Shown: positions 48,564 through 59,200 of the stretch, piece after piece | How positions within the stretch are numbered: position 1 is the first letter of the stretch | How the letters are laid out: each line of letters begins with the position of its first letter | NCBI GenBank assembly: GCA_964291395.2 | Contig: OZ219856.1 | Location: 64,001 to 128,000 of the forward strand | From: Alphaproteobacteria bacterium | GTDB taxonomy: Bacteria > Pseudomonadota > Alphaproteobacteria > UBA2966 | Length of the DNA: 64,000 bases | Reading direction: 5' to 3' | Notes under the pieces: generated by a model | What the model was told of the DNA's origin: nothing | Seen by the model: only the letters and a program-made list of their open reading frames with translations | The model's database searches: none | Position numbers and translations under genes: made by a program

Positions 48564-49742
48564 ATGAACGATATCCCCACCGATTATCTGGCCGGCTACG
48601 AGAAGGCGCGGGCCATCGACCCGGAGCGGGCGGCCCTCTACGTCAAGCACACGGTCATCGGAGACCCCTTGGCCGAAGCGATGGCGGACGACCTCGAGGC
48701 TCTCGACCAGGAAGAGGCGAGGCGTTTCATCGAGATCGGGATGAGCGGCGACCCTGACGGCGCGCTGGACGCCGCGCCGGCGACGGTGCGGGCGTTTTTC
48801 AAGAATGCGCAAGTCCAGCCGGAATGGCTCGACTACAAGACGTTCCCTCCCGGCATCAGCATGTTCCACAGGAACTCGTACGTGGTGCTGGTGGCGTTCG
48901 TGGCGGGCGTCCTGATCGAGGGGTTCACCACCAACATCGCGCAATCCTTCATGCTCACCGGGCGCGTGCGCGACAAGGGCGTCAGGCGTTTGGGGCAGAA
49001 CAACCGGCACATGACCGAGATATTCTTTCCCGGCGGCCTGGACCAGCATGCGGACGGCTGGAAGCTGTCGGTCCGCATACGGTTGATCCACGCGCGATTG
49101 AGGCACCTCCTGAGCAGGTCGGGGGAATGGGACGCCGAGGCCTGGGGCACCCCGATCAGCTCGGCCCACCTGGGTTTTGCCATCAGCGCGTTTTCCGCAA
49201 GGCTGCTGGTGCACATGAAGAGGCTGGGCGCCAGCTACGACGAGGAAGAGCACAAGGGCTTCATGGACATCTGGCGCTACTCCGGCTTCCTGATGGGCAT
49301 TCCCGAAACCATCCTGTTCCGCGATGCCGAGGAGGCTCTGAAGCTCTACGATATCGGTCTCATGTGCGAGCCCGACCCGGGCATCGAGTCGATCGTCATG
49401 GCTCACGCCCTGGTCAACTCGGCCCCGGTCATTGCCGGGGCGGCCAACCCGGGGGAGCGCCGCCAGCTGGCGCGCTATGTCTATCGCATGTCGCGCGGCC
49501 TCATCGGCGAACGGGCCGCGGAGTCGCTGAGGTATCCGGACGTGTCCGCCTTCGGGGCCGTCGAGTGGTTCAGGCTGCAGATGCGGTTCGGCCGGGTGCT
49601 CGACAAGGTGCTGCCGGGTCAGCGCCAGAAAAGCAGTTTCAACAGGTTCGGATACCTGCTCGCGGGTTCGACCTACGACAAGGACGGCATCAACTTCAAA
49701 TTGCCCACCCATGTCTATGGGGAACGTGCCGGGGAATGGTAG
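48564..49742 (+). CDS. Oxygenase MpaB / DUF2236 family protein
   Basis: 'GDPLAEA','VRIRLIHARLR','WGTPIS','WRYSGFLMGIPE'. Confidence 0.82.
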   Translation: MNDIPTDYLAGYEKARAIDPERAALYVKHTVIGDPLAEAMADDLEALDQEEARRFIEIGMSGDPDGALDAAPATVRAFFKNAQVQPEWLDYKTFPPGISMFHRNSYVVLVAFVAGVLIEGFTTNIAQSFMLTGRVRDKGVRRLGQNNRHMTEIFFPGGLDQHADGWKLSVRIRLIHARLRHLLSRSGEWDAEAWGTPISSAHLGFAISAFSARLLVHMKRLGASYDEEEHKGFMDIWRYSGFLMGIPETILFRDAEEALKLYDIGLMCEPDPGIESIVMAHALVNSAPVIAGAANPGERRQLARYVYRMSRGLIGERAAESLRYPDVSAFGAVEWFRLQMRFGRVLDKVLPGQRQKSSFNRFGYLLAGSTYDKDGINFKLPTHVYGERAGEW

Positions 49743-50039
49743 CGCTCGCGCTCCGGGCGCTGATTCTGGCCTGCCGGCCCATTACGGAGCACCGCGCCTT
49801 CATGAAGGCGGTTCAGAGAATGGAGCGGCAGGCTCGGGCGACACCCCCCATCCACCGCAAACCATCGTGGATTGTCGACCTCGATGACGGGTGAGGGTGT
49901 CCATCGGCGGTCACGACCCGTTCCATGCGCCCCGACCGGCGCCCCTGCCGCCCCGCCCCGATCGCGTCCCTGACCGCCTGCGCGAAGGCGGACCGCGAGG
50001 ATCTGACGCCGGCGGTCCGATACCAGGGCCCCCGCACCG

Positions 50040-50232
50040 GCTACGATGGGCCGGGTCCGGGCGCGGAAAGCGGGGAGGTATTCGCACCGTCTATTTCTAT
50101 CACGCCGGACCGGAAGCGATTTACTTCCTGACCGCCTACGCGAAGGCGGACCGCGAGGATCTGACGCCGGCGGATACCAGGGCGCTGTCGCGGCTGGTGG
50201 CCTCGATCAAGAAGGAGACTTCAGCACCATGA
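50040..50232 (+). pseudogene. 5'-truncated RelE/HigB toxin
   Basis: 'LRWAGSGRGKRGGIRTVYFY...IYFLTAYAKADREDLT'; N-terminus replaced by a scrambled duplicate (49969-50029). Confidence 0.75.
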
Positions 50233-50573
50233 CGACGCAACGCACCGAGTTCGGACGCGAGATCGAGACGGCTCTGGGCGAGGTCCTTGACCATGTTCGC
50301 GGCGAGACGGACCTGCCGTGCCGGATCGTCGACGATCCCGCCGCCGGGCGGATCGTCGCGCTGCGCAAGCGGTTGCGGCTGAGCCGGCAGAAGTTCGCCG
50401 ACCGTTTCGGTCTCGATGTGCGGGCTTTGCAGGAGTGGGAGCAGGGCCGGCGCGTTCCCGACCGGGCGGCCCGCGTACTGCTTACCGTCATCGACCGGGA
50501 GCCGGAGGCCGTGGTCAGGGCGCTCGGCGAGGGTGGCGGCGACGGACGGACGGATCGTTCCGTCGCGTCGTGA
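50229..50573 (+). CDS. XRE-HTH HigA-like antitoxin
   Basis: 'LRKRLRLSRQKFADRFGL..LQEWEQGRRVPDRAARVLLTVIDREPEAV'. Confidence 0.88.
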   Translation: MTTQRTEFGREIETALGEVLDHVRGETDLPCRIVDDPAAGRIVALRKRLRLSRQKFADRFGLDVRALQEWEQGRRVPDRAARVLLTVIDREPEAVVRALGEGGGDGRTDRSVAS

Positions 50574-50627
50574 GCGACCGCGCCGGCGATTGGAAGAAAA
50601 ACGACAAAGACAACGGCGGGTTGGCGA

Positions 50628-51080
50628 CTATGGATGCGCCCGATAGCCGGCGGGTCCGCCGTCGCCGCTCCGCGCCTCCGGTTCCTCCCCCGCGTAGGCG
50701 TCGAGCTCGATGACGTTGCGGTCGGGGTCGCGGATGAACACGGCCCGCAAGTCCTTGAACGAGAACTGGCCGCTGAGCGGGATGCCGTTCTCCGCAAGGA
50801 ACCGCTTGGCGTCGTCGATCGAGGCGACCTCGAACGAGACGTGCGTGATGCCCGGGTACTTCTCGTCCACGTCCATCAGGATGTTCCGGTCGTTCGGCAT
50901 GTCGGCCGGCCCGAGCAGGTTCAGCACCACGCCCGAGGGATGCTGCATGATGATCGGGTGGCCCTCCTCGAAACCCGTGTCGAAGAGCGTCCGGAAGCCC
51001 AGCCGTTCATAGAAGGCGACGGACGTCGACTTGTCGCTGACCCGGATGCCGACGTGGTCCACCCTTTCGATTCCCAGCAT
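50628..51080 (-). CDS. VOC/glyoxalase family protein
   Basis: 'VDHVGIRV','FYERLGF','THVSFEV','FIRDPDRNVIEL'. Confidence 0.9.
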   Translation of the reverse strand: MLGIERVDHVGIRVSDKSTSVAFYERLGFRTLFDTGFEEGHPIIMQHPSGVVLNLLGPADMPNDRNILMDVDEKYPGITHVSFEVASIDDAKRFLAENGIPLSGQFSFKDLRAVFIRDPDRNVIELDAYAGEEPEARSGDGGPAGYRAHP

Positions 51081-51386
51081 GTCCCGAGCGCTCCCGAATC
51101 GCGATGCAATCAAGGCGTGGCAAGCGAGCCCGCCCCCGACACTGTAGACGTATTGTAACGATCGATCCATAACAACGTCGCCGACGCGAACGAAGCTTCC
51201 GTCCCGATCCCATCGTGCCTTTCACCCGCACCGGAGGAGACGGCTTGGCGGAGGAGCGGCCGGTGCACTAACTTTCAACCCCCGACCGGTCGACCGGGAG
51301 GTCGCGCCGCGCGATCCGTTCCCGGTCTGTCGGGGCGGCGGCGGCCCCGACGGCCACGGGGCGAGGCATGGGGGAGACGACACGAG

Positions 51387-52240
51387 ATGCGTATCGGCGC
51401 GAGCATGTTCTTCACCGACTATTCCGTCGGTCCGGCCGAGCTCGGCGAGGTCCTGGAGGAACGGGGCTTCGACTCGCTGTGGGCGCCGGAGCATTCGCAC
51501 ATCCCGCTCTCGCGCGAATCGTCGTTCCCCGGCTGGGACGAGATTCCCAAGAAGTACTTCGACGTCATGGATCCCTTCGTGACGCTGACGGCCGCCGCCG
51601 CGGCGACGGAGACGCTGAGGCTCGGCACGGGGATCTGCCTCGTGGTGCAGCGCGATCCCATTCAGACGGCCAAGCTGGTCGCCTCGATCGATCAGGTGTC
51701 GGGAGGACGTTTCCTGTTCGGCGTCGGCAACGGCTGGAACGCGGAGGAGATGGCGGATCACGGGACCGCCTTCGAGGCGCGGCACGAGGTGGCCCGGGAG
51801 CGCATCGCCGCGATGAAGGAGATCTGGACGCGGACGAAGCCCGAATTCCACGGCGAGACCGTCGATTTCCCTCCCATGATGACGTGGCCCAAGCCCGTGC
51901 AGAAGCCCTACCCTCCGGTGATCGTCGGCGGCGGCTTCCCCCACGGCGCGCGGCGCGCGGTCGCCTACGGGGACGGCTGGATCCCCACGCGCGGCTGCCC
52001 GGGTACGAGGACGTCACCGATCACCTGGACGAATTCCGCCGGATGGCGGCGGAGGCCGGCCGCGGCCCCGAGTCCCTCCCCGTGACGGCCTGGGGGGGCG
52101 ATCCGGATCTCGACCGGTTGAAACGGTGGCGGGACCGCGGCGTCGCACGGGCCGTGGTGCCCCTGGACTCGGACGCGAAGGACGCGCTGATGCCCGAGAT
52201 CGACCGCTGGGCGGAGTGGATCGTGAAGCTGGGGAGATAG
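51387..52240 (+). CDS. LLM-class (F420-dependent-like) oxidoreductase; 1-nt frameshift at a C4 run near 51985
   Basis: 'GFDSLWAPEHSHIP','DPFVTL','SGGRFLFGVG','PKPVQKPYPP','GDGWIP/HAR'. Confidence 0.85.
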
Positions 52241-52342
52241 CCCGCATTTCTCACCACGATCGCCTCCGGCGGCGCGCCCGACGCGGGGACGCGCGGCCCC
52301 CGGCGCTTGTTCGCCGCGGTTTCGGGCGAATATACTCGCGTC

Positions 52343-53110
52343 ATGCTTACGCCTGAAGAGATCGCGCAATATCACGAGACCGGCCAGGTCACGCCGGCGT
52401 TCCGGCTCGACGGCGACGTCGTCGCGGCCATCCACGAGAGAGCGGAAAAGCTGTTCGCGGCGCGGCCGGACCTCGATCACGACTACATCCCGAACATGAT
52501 CGAGGTCGACCCGGCCGGGAACTGGATCGAATTCGGTACCCGGACGGAGATCCTCGATTCGATCTGCCAGCTCATCGGCGAGAACGTCATCCTGTGGGGA
52601 TCGGCGTTCTTCGCCAAGAAGGGCGAGGGCAAGAGAACGCCCTGGCATCAGGACGCCGCCTATTGGCCCATCGTGCCGATGGCGGCCTGCTCGGCGTGGA
52701 TCGCCTTCGATCACGCGACGCCGGAGAACGGCTGCATGCGGGTCATTCCCGGGTCGCACAAGGTCGGGCGGCAGCTTTCCCACTTCGCCAGCACCGCGGA
52801 CGACATCGTCCTGAAGCAGGAGCTGTCCGACGGCGAGCTGCCCGATACGGAGCCGCTCGACGTCGTCCTGGAACCCGGCATGGTGTCGTTCCACCATCCC
52901 CTGGTCCTGCACGGCGCCGAGCCGAACACGTCGGGCGCCCGCCGGGGCGGGCTGACCTTCCGCTACATGCCGACGACGTCGCATTTCGACCGCGAGCTCG
53001 AAATCCGGCAGAACGTCCAGGGCAAGGCCTACAACCCGACGCGGCAGCTTCACCTCGTGCGCGGCGTCGACGTCTGCGGCCGAAACGATATCTGGCGGCC
53101 CGCGGCGTAG
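52343..53110 (+). CDS. Phytanoyl-CoA dioxygenase (PhyH) family protein
   Basis: 'TPWHQD','ENGCMRVIPGSH','LHGAEPN..RR'. Confidence 0.9.
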   Translation: MLTPEEIAQYHETGQVTPAFRLDGDVVAAIHERAEKLFAARPDLDHDYIPNMIEVDPAGNWIEFGTRTEILDSICQLIGENVILWGSAFFAKKGEGKRTPWHQDAAYWPIVPMAACSAWIAFDHATPENGCMRVIPGSHKVGRQLSHFASTADDIVLKQELSDGELPDTEPLDVVLEPGMVSFHHPLVLHGAEPNTSGARRGGLTFRYMPTTSHFDRELEIRQNVQGKAYNPTRQLHLVRGVDVCGRNDIWRPAA

Positions 53111-53173
53111 ATCCGCCGTCCGTTCGCGGGCCGCGGGCGGGATTCCCCGGGCGTTCCGCGTCGGTGAACCCCG

Positions 53174-53395
53174 TCACCCGGCGGCGCCGGCCACGTCGAC
53201 GACGGTTGCCGTGCAGTGCGGTTCCGGCACCGGCTCGCCGTGCTCGCGCAAGCTCTCGATATGATACCGGATCGCCTGTCGAATCTCCCGAACCGCTTCT
53301 TCTCTAGTATCTCCGGTGGCGACGCAACCGGGAAGGTCGGGAACGTAGGCGGCGTAGTTCGCCGGCGCCCTCTCGATGACGATGGTGTATCGCAT
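53174..53395 (-). CDS. hicB: HicB family antitoxin (short form)
   Basis: 'YTIVIE..NYAAYVPDLPGCVATGDTREEA...GEPVPEP'. Confidence 0.9.
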   Translation of the reverse strand: MRYTIVIERAPANYAAYVPDLPGCVATGDTREEAVREIRQAIRYHIESLREHGEPVPEPHCTATVVDVAGAAG

Positions 53396-53403
53396 CTTCT
53401 CCT

Positions 53404-53520
53404 TCACTCCTTCATCCCGGCCTGCTTCATGACGCTCGCCCAGGTCCCTCGCGGAAGGTCGTCCCCCGGCTTGCCGGCAATGGTCACCGTACCGGGTTTG
53501 TCGGGGGCATTTGTATTGCA
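53404..53520 (-). pseudogene. hicA: 5'-truncated HicA toxin
   Basis: '(QYK)..PDKPGTVTIAGKPGDDLPRGTWASVMKQAG'; N-terminus with the GSH motif is missing. Confidence 0.75.
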
Positions 53521-53710
53521 AGCCGGTGAAGCGCAAGCCGGATGTCGAGACACATGATGTACAAATGATATACAGACAGGACCGCGATCACGCGGGCGAT
53601 CCGGAAAGGCAGGATTCCGCCGACGGGAGGAGGCGACCGGAGATCCGACGGATCGGCGCCAGCGGCGACGGGCCGGGCGACTGCGGGAAACCGGAAGGAG
53701 GACACCGACG

Positions 53711-53944
53711 ATGAGCGATGAAACCGAGACGAACTGTGAAGTCGTAACCTGCGGCGTATCCATCAGCGCGGACAGAGCCCACGTGACCGTCTATCTCGGC
53801 AGCACGGAGTCCGACAGATCCTTCGAGTTCGTCATGCCGAAGGATCTGGCCCTGCACATGTCGAGCACCATCCAGAGGTTGGCCAATCCGACCGGTGTTC
53901 AACGCGCTGCGTCGCGTGGCGCGAAGGCCTTCATCAAGTCTTGA
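53711..53944 (+). CDS. Small hypothetical protein
   Basis: Strong AAGGAGG RBS; 77-aa ORF. Confidence 0.45.
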   Translation: MSDETETNCEVVTCGVSISADRAHVTVYLGSTESDRSFEFVMPKDLALHMSSTIQRLANPTGVQRAASRGAKAFIKS

Positions 53945-54276
53945 GCCGCCGCGGGACTTCGGCGCGCTCACCATCGCCAGGCGCCCGGCGGGTCCCGGCC
54001 CGGGATCACGCCCGCCCGCGCCGACGTTCCGGCGGACCGGGCTTGCGCCCCATGCCGGGCGCCGGTAGGTTCCCCGCACCCAATGACGCAGCTTGAGGCC
54101 CGGACGCCCGCCCATACCCGTCCGGGTTTTTCGCAACCGCGATACGGCGTGATCGGCCGGGAGGCATTCCTCGCCGGTCACCGCTCCGGGCAGGCGGCAT
54201 GCCGCGGCGCAGGCCCGATGCCGACCCGGGACCACGCTCGAGAGGCTCAGGATGACGGGGAACGGGTCGGCGCAGG

Positions 54277-54942
54277 ATGGTGAGTCGTCAGATGCAACAG
54301 GAGAACGCCGGACCGGGGCACGGGCTTGCGCTTTTCGTGCGGCGCTGGGCATCGAACCCGTACCGGATCGGAGGCATCTTGCCGAGCGCCAGGCCGCTCG
54401 CCCGGGTCATGGCCAGCGCGGGCATGCAGGCGAGGCGGGGCGAGGGGCCGGTGGTCGAGCTCGGCGCCGGGACCGGAACCATCACCCGGGCGCTGATCGA
54501 GAACGGGATCGGCGAGCGGGAGTTGGTGCTCGTCGAACGGGACCGGCAGATGTGCCGCTGGCTCAGGCAGAGGTTTCCGCGCGCGGCCGTCGTCAGGGAC
54601 GAGGCGGCGCGTCTCGGCATGATTCTGGCCCGGGAGTGCGCCGGCGCGGCCTCGGTGGTGATCTCCTCGCTCCCCCTTCGCAACATGGGGATGCGGGAGC
54701 GGGAGGCGATCGTCGAAGCGAGCCTGGATGCGGTTCCCGAAGGCGGCGCGCTGGTGCAGTACACCTACGCGCGGCACCCGGCGGTGGCGTGCGCGCGGCT
54801 GGGCCTGGAGTGCCGGAGGGTCGGGTTCGTGGCGATGAACGTGCCGCCTGCCGGCGTGTGGCGGATCACCAGGTCCGGCGCGGCCTCCCGATCGACGGCC
54901 GCCGCATCGAGCCGGCCCGATCCCGGCGGACCGAACGGGTAG
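54277..54942 (+). CDS. Phospholipid N-methyltransferase PmtA-like (class I SAM)
   Basis: 'GGILPSARPLAR.M','VVELGAGTG','ISSLP','VQYTY','NVPPA'. Confidence 0.82.
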   Translation: MVSRQMQQENAGPGHGLALFVRRWASNPYRIGGILPSARPLARVMASAGMQARRGEGPVVELGAGTGTITRALIENGIGERELVLVERDRQMCRWLRQRFPRAAVVRDEAARLGMILARECAGAASVVISSLPLRNMGMREREAIVEASLDAVPEGGALVQYTYARHPAVACARLGLECRRVGFVAMNVPPAGVWRITRSGAASRSTAAASSRPDPGGPNG

Positions 54943-55020
54943 GGGGCTCGCGGCCGGGCGGCGGCGGCGTCCATGCCGCGCTCCGCCGGCAGTTCCCGCT
55001 CCTTCGGCGTCCGCGGGAAA

Positions 55021-55281
55021 TCACTGCGAAGCCGGCGTTCCCGTCCCATTGCCGCCGCGCGCCGCGGCGACCGCTTCCGCAACGGCCGCCGCGACGGCGA
55101 GTCCCGCCGCGACCGCGGCGGCCGTCGCGCCCTCCGCGGTGGCGGAGCCGGCACCCTCCGCGGCCGCTTTCCCGGGGGGCGCTTCCACCTCGAGGTCCTG
55201 TGCCTGGCCGAGCGCCAGCGTCGGCGCCGCCGCCAGCGCACCGGCCAAGGTCATGGACGCCATCGTCTTTCGCAGGGACAT
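55021..55281 (-). CDS. Small Ala-rich putative exported protein
   Basis: Signal-like N-terminus, hydrophobic C-terminal stretch, GGAGG RBS. Confidence 0.4.
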   Translation of the reverse strand: MSLRKTMASMTLAGALAAAPTLALGQAQDLEVEAPPGKAAAEGAGSATAEGATAAAVAAGLAVAAAVAEAVAAARGGNGTGTPASQ

Positions 55282-55587
55282 TCCGGGCCTCCCGGCAGTC
55301 GGGCTCGCGGGACCGCGACCGCCCGGTCGAGCGCGGCCGGGCGAAGATTCGGCGGGTCCCGCCGATCCGGCGAACCCTATTCGAAATGCCTCGAAACGCC
55401 AACGCCGCGCCTGGCAACCCGCCGGACGCCGGCCATATAATCTCCGACGACGCCGATCACCGCGCGCCGTCCGACCGCGGCCGGCGCGCATCGCCGTCCG
55501 CGCGCGACGGCGTCTTGTGGAGGGTTCGATGAATTCCTATACTCTTACCAGATATTGTGGTTGGGAGTTCCGAGTGGATTGACGCTA

Positions 55588-56253
55588 ATGAGAGTGCCCT
55601 GTCTGGCGGTTCTCCTGCTCGTCGCCGTGTCGTTCGCGGGCGCCGCGGACCCGGCCCGCTCGGCGCCGGATCTAATGAGAGTGCCCTGCCTGGCGGTTCT
55701 CCTGCTCGTCGCCGTGTCGTTCGCGGGCGCCGCCGGCCGACATGGAGATGGCGCTGGGACGCGGGACGACGCCCCCGTCACGATCATCGAGTACGCCTCG
55801 CTGTCCTGCCCGCATTGCGCCAAGTTTCACGAGGAAACGCTGCCGGCCCTGCGGGAGAAGTACATCGATACCGGAAAGGTCCGGCTGGTGTTTCGCGAGT
55901 TCCCGCTCGAACGGACCGCCTTCCTGGCCTCGATCATCGCGCGCTGCGCCGGCGAGAAGCGGTATTTCGCGTTCATCGACGCGTTCTTCAAGAAGCAGCG
56001 GGCCTGGTACTCCGCGGACGATCCGTTCGAGGCCCTGCTGCAGATCGCCCGTCTCGGCGGCTTGAGCGCCAAGGACGTCAAGGCGTGCGTCGAGGACGAG
56101 GCGTTGGGCGACGGCATCCTCCAGACCCGCCTCGACGCCGAGCAGCAGCACGGGATCAGCTCCACCCCGAGCTTCGTCATCGACGGGAAGACCTATCTCG
56201 GCGCCCTGACGCTCCGGGAAATCGAGAAGATCATCGTCCCGCTGATTCCATAG
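55588..56253 (+). CDS. DsbA family (Thioredoxin_4) protein with duplicated signal region
   Basis: 'DAPVTIIEYASLSCPHCA','REFPL','STPSF'; conserved position before smc. Confidence 0.88.
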   Translation: MRVPCLAVLLLVAVSFAGAADPARSAPDLMRVPCLAVLLLVAVSFAGAAGRHGDGAGTRDDAPVTIIEYASLSCPHCAKFHEETLPALREKYIDTGKVRLVFREFPLERTAFLASIIARCAGEKRYFAFIDAFFKKQRAWYSADDPFEALLQIARLGGLSAKDVKACVEDEALGDGILQTRLDAEQQHGISSTPSFVIDGKTYLGALTLREIEKIIVPLIP

Positions 56254-56274
56254 GGTGAGAGAGGGCGAGCTTCC

Positions 56275-59200
56275 GTGCACTTCAACCGTCTGCGCCTGTC
56301 GGGATTCAAGTCTTTCGTGGACGCCGTCGAGCTGGTCATCGAGCCGGGCCTGACCGGGATCGTCGGCCCCAACGGATGCGGCAAGTCGAACCTCATCGAG
56401 GGCCTGCGCTGGGTGATGGGCGAGACGTCGGCGAAGAAGATGCGCGGCAGCGGCATGGACGACGTCATCTTCAACGGCACCAGCGGCCGGCCCGCCCGCA
56501 ACATCGCCGAAGCCGTCCTGCGGCTGAACAACGCCGACCGCGCCGCGCCCGCGCGGTACAACGACCACGAAGAGATCGAGATCGCGCGGCGCATCGAGCG
56601 GGGATCGGGATCGGACTACCGCATCAACGGCGAAGAGGTCCGCGCCCGCGACGTCCAGCGCCTGTTCGCCGACCTCGCCACCGGCGCCCATGCCACGGCC
56701 CTGGTGGGACAGGGGGAGATCGGGAGCGTCATCGACGCGAAGCCGGAGCAGCGCCGCTCGCTGCTCGAGGAGGCGGCCGGCATCACGGGCTTGCACTCGC
56801 GGCGTCACGAGGCCGAGCTGCGGCTGCGCGCCGCGGAGACGAATCTCGAACGCCTCGACGACGTGATGCAGAACATGGACCTCCAGCTTCGCAGCCTGAA
56901 GCGGCAGGCCCGCCAGGCGACGCGGTACCGGAACCTCTCGGGACACATCCGCAAGGCGCAGGCGCTGCTGCTGCACCTGCGCTGGACGGCGGCCGAGGGC
57001 GGGTGGGCGGACGCGCGGCGGCGCCTCGCCGAAGCCGGGACGCACGTGACCGGGCTCACGCGGGAGGCGGCCCGGGCGTCCGCCGCCGAGACCGGGAAGG
57101 CCGAGACGCTGCCGCCTCTCCGCGAGAACGAGGCCGGGTGCGCCGCGCGCATCCACCGGCTGACGTCGGCGCAGGAATGGCTCGACGAGGAGGAACGCCG
57201 GGTGCGCGCCCTCGCGGAGCAGCTTCGGACGCGTTCGGCACAGATCGGAGAAGATACGGCCCGCGAGGAAGAGCAAAGGCAGGAAGCCACGGCCCGGCTC
57301 GAGTCCCTGTCCCTGGAGGGGGAGGAGATCGAGGCCCTTCAGGCCGCACGGGAAGACGCCGCCGCGCGGGCGGAGGAACGCGCCGAAACGGCCCGGCGGA
57401 TCCTGGCCGGGCGCGAGCGCGAACTGGAGCTCGAGACCGAGCGCGTGGCGACGGAAGCGGCGCGCCGCGAAGGCCTCGAGGGGGAACGGACCGACCTCGA
57501 GGGGCGGCTCGAGCAGGCGGCGGCCCGCCTGGAGGCGCTGCGGGAAGAGCGCCGGGACCTCGAGGCGGAAGGCGACGGCGGCGACACGGAGGGCGATGCC
57601 GAGCCCGGCCGGCTGCGCGCCTCCGTGGCCGAGGCGCGCGGCGCGGCGGACGACGCCGAGGCGGCCCGGTCGGCGGCCCAGGGCGAGGAGGCGCGCGCCC
57701 GCGACGTCCTGCAGGCGGCCGAAGGGGAACTCGCCCGGTCCCGCGCCGAGGCGGACGCGCTCATGGATCTGCTTTCGGTCAACGAGGACGGTCTCTGGCC
57801 GCCCCTGGTCGACTCGGTCACCGTCGAGCCGGGCTACGAAGCGGCCCTGGGCGCCGCTCTCGGCGACGATCTCGCGCTGTCCGGCGACGACGGCGCCCCG
57901 GCCCATTGGCGCAACCTGCCGCCGCTCGGGAGCGCGCCGCCGCTGCCCTCGGGCGCGGAGCCGCTTTCCCGGAACGTCAAGGCCCCGGACGCGCTGGGGC
58001 GGCGGCTGTCGCAGATCGGCGTGGTGGCGGACCAGGCCACGGGCGACCGGCTGCGTGAAGACATGCGGCAGGGGCAGCGCCTCGTCACCCGCGACGGCGC
58101 GCTGTGGCGGTGGGACGGATATACGGTGCGGTCGGGCGCTTCGACGACCGCCGCGACCCGCCTCAGCCAACGCAACCGTCTGAAGGCCCTTCAGGACGTG
58201 ATCGGAACCCGCACGGCGGCCGTCTCCGCCGCCCGCACCGGCTTCGCCGCCGCCCGGGAGGCGGAGACGGCCGCCGTCGCGGCGGACGGCGAAGCCCGCG
58301 CCCGCCTGCGGCGGGCCCTCGAGGAGCTGCGGGCGTGCGAGGAGCGGCGCGCCGCATCGGCCGAGGCCCGGACGCGGCGCGAGTCGCGGCTGGCGGCGAT
58401 CGCCGAGGCGGCCGGCGCGCTCGACGCCGACCGCGAGGCCGCGCGGAAACGCCTGGAGGGCATCGCCGCGGGGCTCGCGGCGCTCGCCGATCCCGAGGCG
58501 CAGCGCGGCGCCCTCGACGCGCTGCGCGCCGACGTGGCCGGCCTGCGCGCCGAGGCCGGCGACGCGGCTTCCGAGCTCCGGCGCGTCCAAGACGAGGCGG
58601 CGGGCCGGGCCAAACGCCTCCTCGCCCTCGACGAGGAACGGGTCTACTGGCGGCAGCGGCTCGAGTCGGCGGCATCCCAGCTCGAACGGCTGGCGGCGCG
58701 CGAGGCCGAAGCGCGGGAGGCCCTGGCGGACGCCGAGGCGCGCCCCCGGGCGCTCGCGGAACAGCGCGCCGGGCTCCTGGAGAAGGCCGCCGCCGCCGAG
58801 GCGGAGCGCCGCGAGGCGGCAGACGTCCTCGCCCGCGCCGAAACGGAGCTCGACGCATTGTCGCGGGCGTCCAGGGAAGCCCAGGCCTCGCTCGCCGAGG
58901 CGCGCGAGGAACGGGTGCGCATGGAGGGTCTGGTATCCCGGGCCGAGCAGCTCAAGTCCGACATCTCCCGGAACATGGCGGAGACGCTGGAATGCACGCC
59001 CGCCGAAGCCGCGTCGATCGCGGAGGTTTCCGGGGACCGGGACCCGCCCCGGCCGGAGGCGGTGGAGGGGCGCCTCGAGAGGCTGAAGCGCGAACGCGAG
59101 AACATGGGTCCGGTGAACCTGAGGGCCGAGGCCGAGGCCACGGACCTGTCGGAACAGCTGTCGGCGATGCAGGGCGAGCGCGAGGATCTCGAGGCCGCCA

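Noticed and set aside
51975-51995. Programmed frameshift in the LLM oxidoreductase
   Set aside because: Single missing C in a short run with no slippery heptamer; sequencing error or recent mutation is more likely
21950-54200. Integron cassette array
   Set aside because: No intI, no recognisable attC (RYYYAAC...GTTRRRY) sites, and genes lie on both strands
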